In this document: positions 1 to 64,000 of the stretch, in pieces
How positions within the stretch are numbered: the first letter of the stretch is position 1
Layout: each line of letters opens with the position of its first letter
Source: Octopus vulgaris
Taxonomy: Eukaryota
DNA length: 64,000 bases
Direction of reading: 5' to 3'
Assembly (NCBI GenBank): GCA_951406725.2
Contig: OX597816.1
Location: forward strand, 25,668,001 to 25,732,000
The notes under the pieces: generated by a model
The model's database searches: none
Seen by the model: the letters and a program-made list of their open reading frames with translations, nothing else
What the model was told of the DNA's origin: nothing
Made by a program: the position numbers and the translations under genes

Positions 1-1
1 T

Positions 2-89
2 AAACATGAAACGCTTCACGAATTTGCGTGTCATGCTTGCGCAGAGGCCATGCTAATTTTCACTGTATCGTTCCAATTTTTGACTATGT
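2..89 (-). pseudogene. U6: U6 snRNA pseudogene, 5'-truncated
   Basis: Reverse complement AAAATTGGAACGATACAGTGAAAATTAGCATGGCCTCTGCGCAAGCATGACACGCAAATTCGTGAAGCGTTTCATG matches U6; 5' stem-loop absent; ACAGAGA box changed to ACAGTGA. Confidence 0.92.
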
Positions 90-239
90 ATTATTTGTCA
101 ATAATAATAGTATGAGAAAAACAATAGCAAACAAAATTTGTACAAAGAAAACTGTATTTAAACAAAATTCCAAAGTTTTTCATATAAGCAATATTCTTAT
201 ATGTACAATTGTAACTTGAGCTGTGTTTGGTATACTTAC

Positions 240-63124
<62,885 letters not shown>

Positions 63125-63159
63125 CTGAAATAATAATAATAATAATAAACAATTATAGA

Positions 63160-63510
63160 TCAGGAAAATCGAAGTTGCTTACTGATCGACCAGCCTGCCC
63201 GTTTGATTCCAAGATTATAAAAAAAGAACGAAAAGCAAAAAATATATAATCCCTTAAAATTTGAAATACGAAACATTTGGAGCATGCCAACAGTAAATGT
63301 CGTGCCTATAATAATTGGTGCCTTGGGAACAGTAAGCAAAGGTATAGACAAATGGCTGAAGGAGATTGGAATAGAATACTCGGTAGAGCTCTTACAGAAG
63401 ATTTGTCTCTTAGAGACAGCAAGGATTATCAGGAGGGTTCTATGCACTTCAAATACTGCTGAAAAGTTGTGGGTACCTAACGTTACGGGTAGTAACACTC
63501 TACCCACATA
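63160..63510 (+). pseudogene. Old 3' fragment of a second Dong/R4-like element
   Basis: VVPIIIGALGTVSK...LQKICLLETARIIRRVL aligns with IPVVIGALGMIAK...VQKIVLMGTAHILRKIL near 57000-57125; preceded by a short (TAA)n. Confidence 0.8.
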
Positions 63511-64000
63511 AATCCGACCATTGCATTAAAGATGAGAATATACGGAGATATTTTATCAAAGACATTTGGAAAACATTCCCACTGATATGACCACATCAAA
63601 TATCTACTCCGGTCCATTTCAATGACAGAAGAAAGGCGAATTCTACAAAATATTGTTCTTCGAGTTACACATCATTCAGCGATGTCGTATTAGTGTTTGC
63701 TTCTCTCGTTGTTCGTACAGCTGAATTTCTTTATAGTCATGACTTACTAAGTTTTTATAACATTGATAACGAAGATGGCTTCGCAGTAAAATTTTGAAAG
63801 CCACAGCATAAATCAACAGGCGTAACGATACAAAAAGCTTTCGAAAATACACCATAATATGATTATTTTAAAAGAATCAATCATTGCCGATTATTGTTGA
63901 TTAGCAGCAACTAATATTCGAGGGTGGAAACATCAGAAAAGAAAGTCACTGAATGGCAGAGTGTGTCATAATTAATTTCCTGTTACGGTTGTATACTGCC

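Noticed and set aside
28-219. ORF MSCLRRGHANFHCIVPIF...
   Set aside because: Antisense translation of the U6 pseudogene, not a protein.

Overview
AT-rich, microsatellite- and SINE-dense animal DNA; the repeat landscape looks like an octopus/coleoid cephalopod (inference, no search run). The window is almost entirely the interior of one minus-strand gene that the ORF track mostly misses. Read by hand in transcription order: a 39-nt micro-exon (63086-63124), a WSC domain split over two exons (58512-58645, 53278-53401), a 567-nt VWA exon with intact MIDAS (46637-47203), then 30 exons each encoding one EGF-like repeat (one of 114 nt, 29 of 111 nt, all phase 1-1, GT-AG, six Cys, no stops) from 44356 to 240. 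They join into one frame of 4197 nt (about 1400 codons); start and stop lie outside the window. The introns hold a nearly intact Dong/R4-type non-LTR retrotransposon in a (TAA)n array, a decayed DD37D (maT) transposon, Penelope-like relics including a hammerhead-like motif on the host sense strand, a U6 pseudogene, a higher-order minisatellite, MITEs, Helitron-like pieces and three tRNA-derived SINE families, several as close inverted pairs. Exon coordinates were counted base by base; repeat boundaries are approximate.
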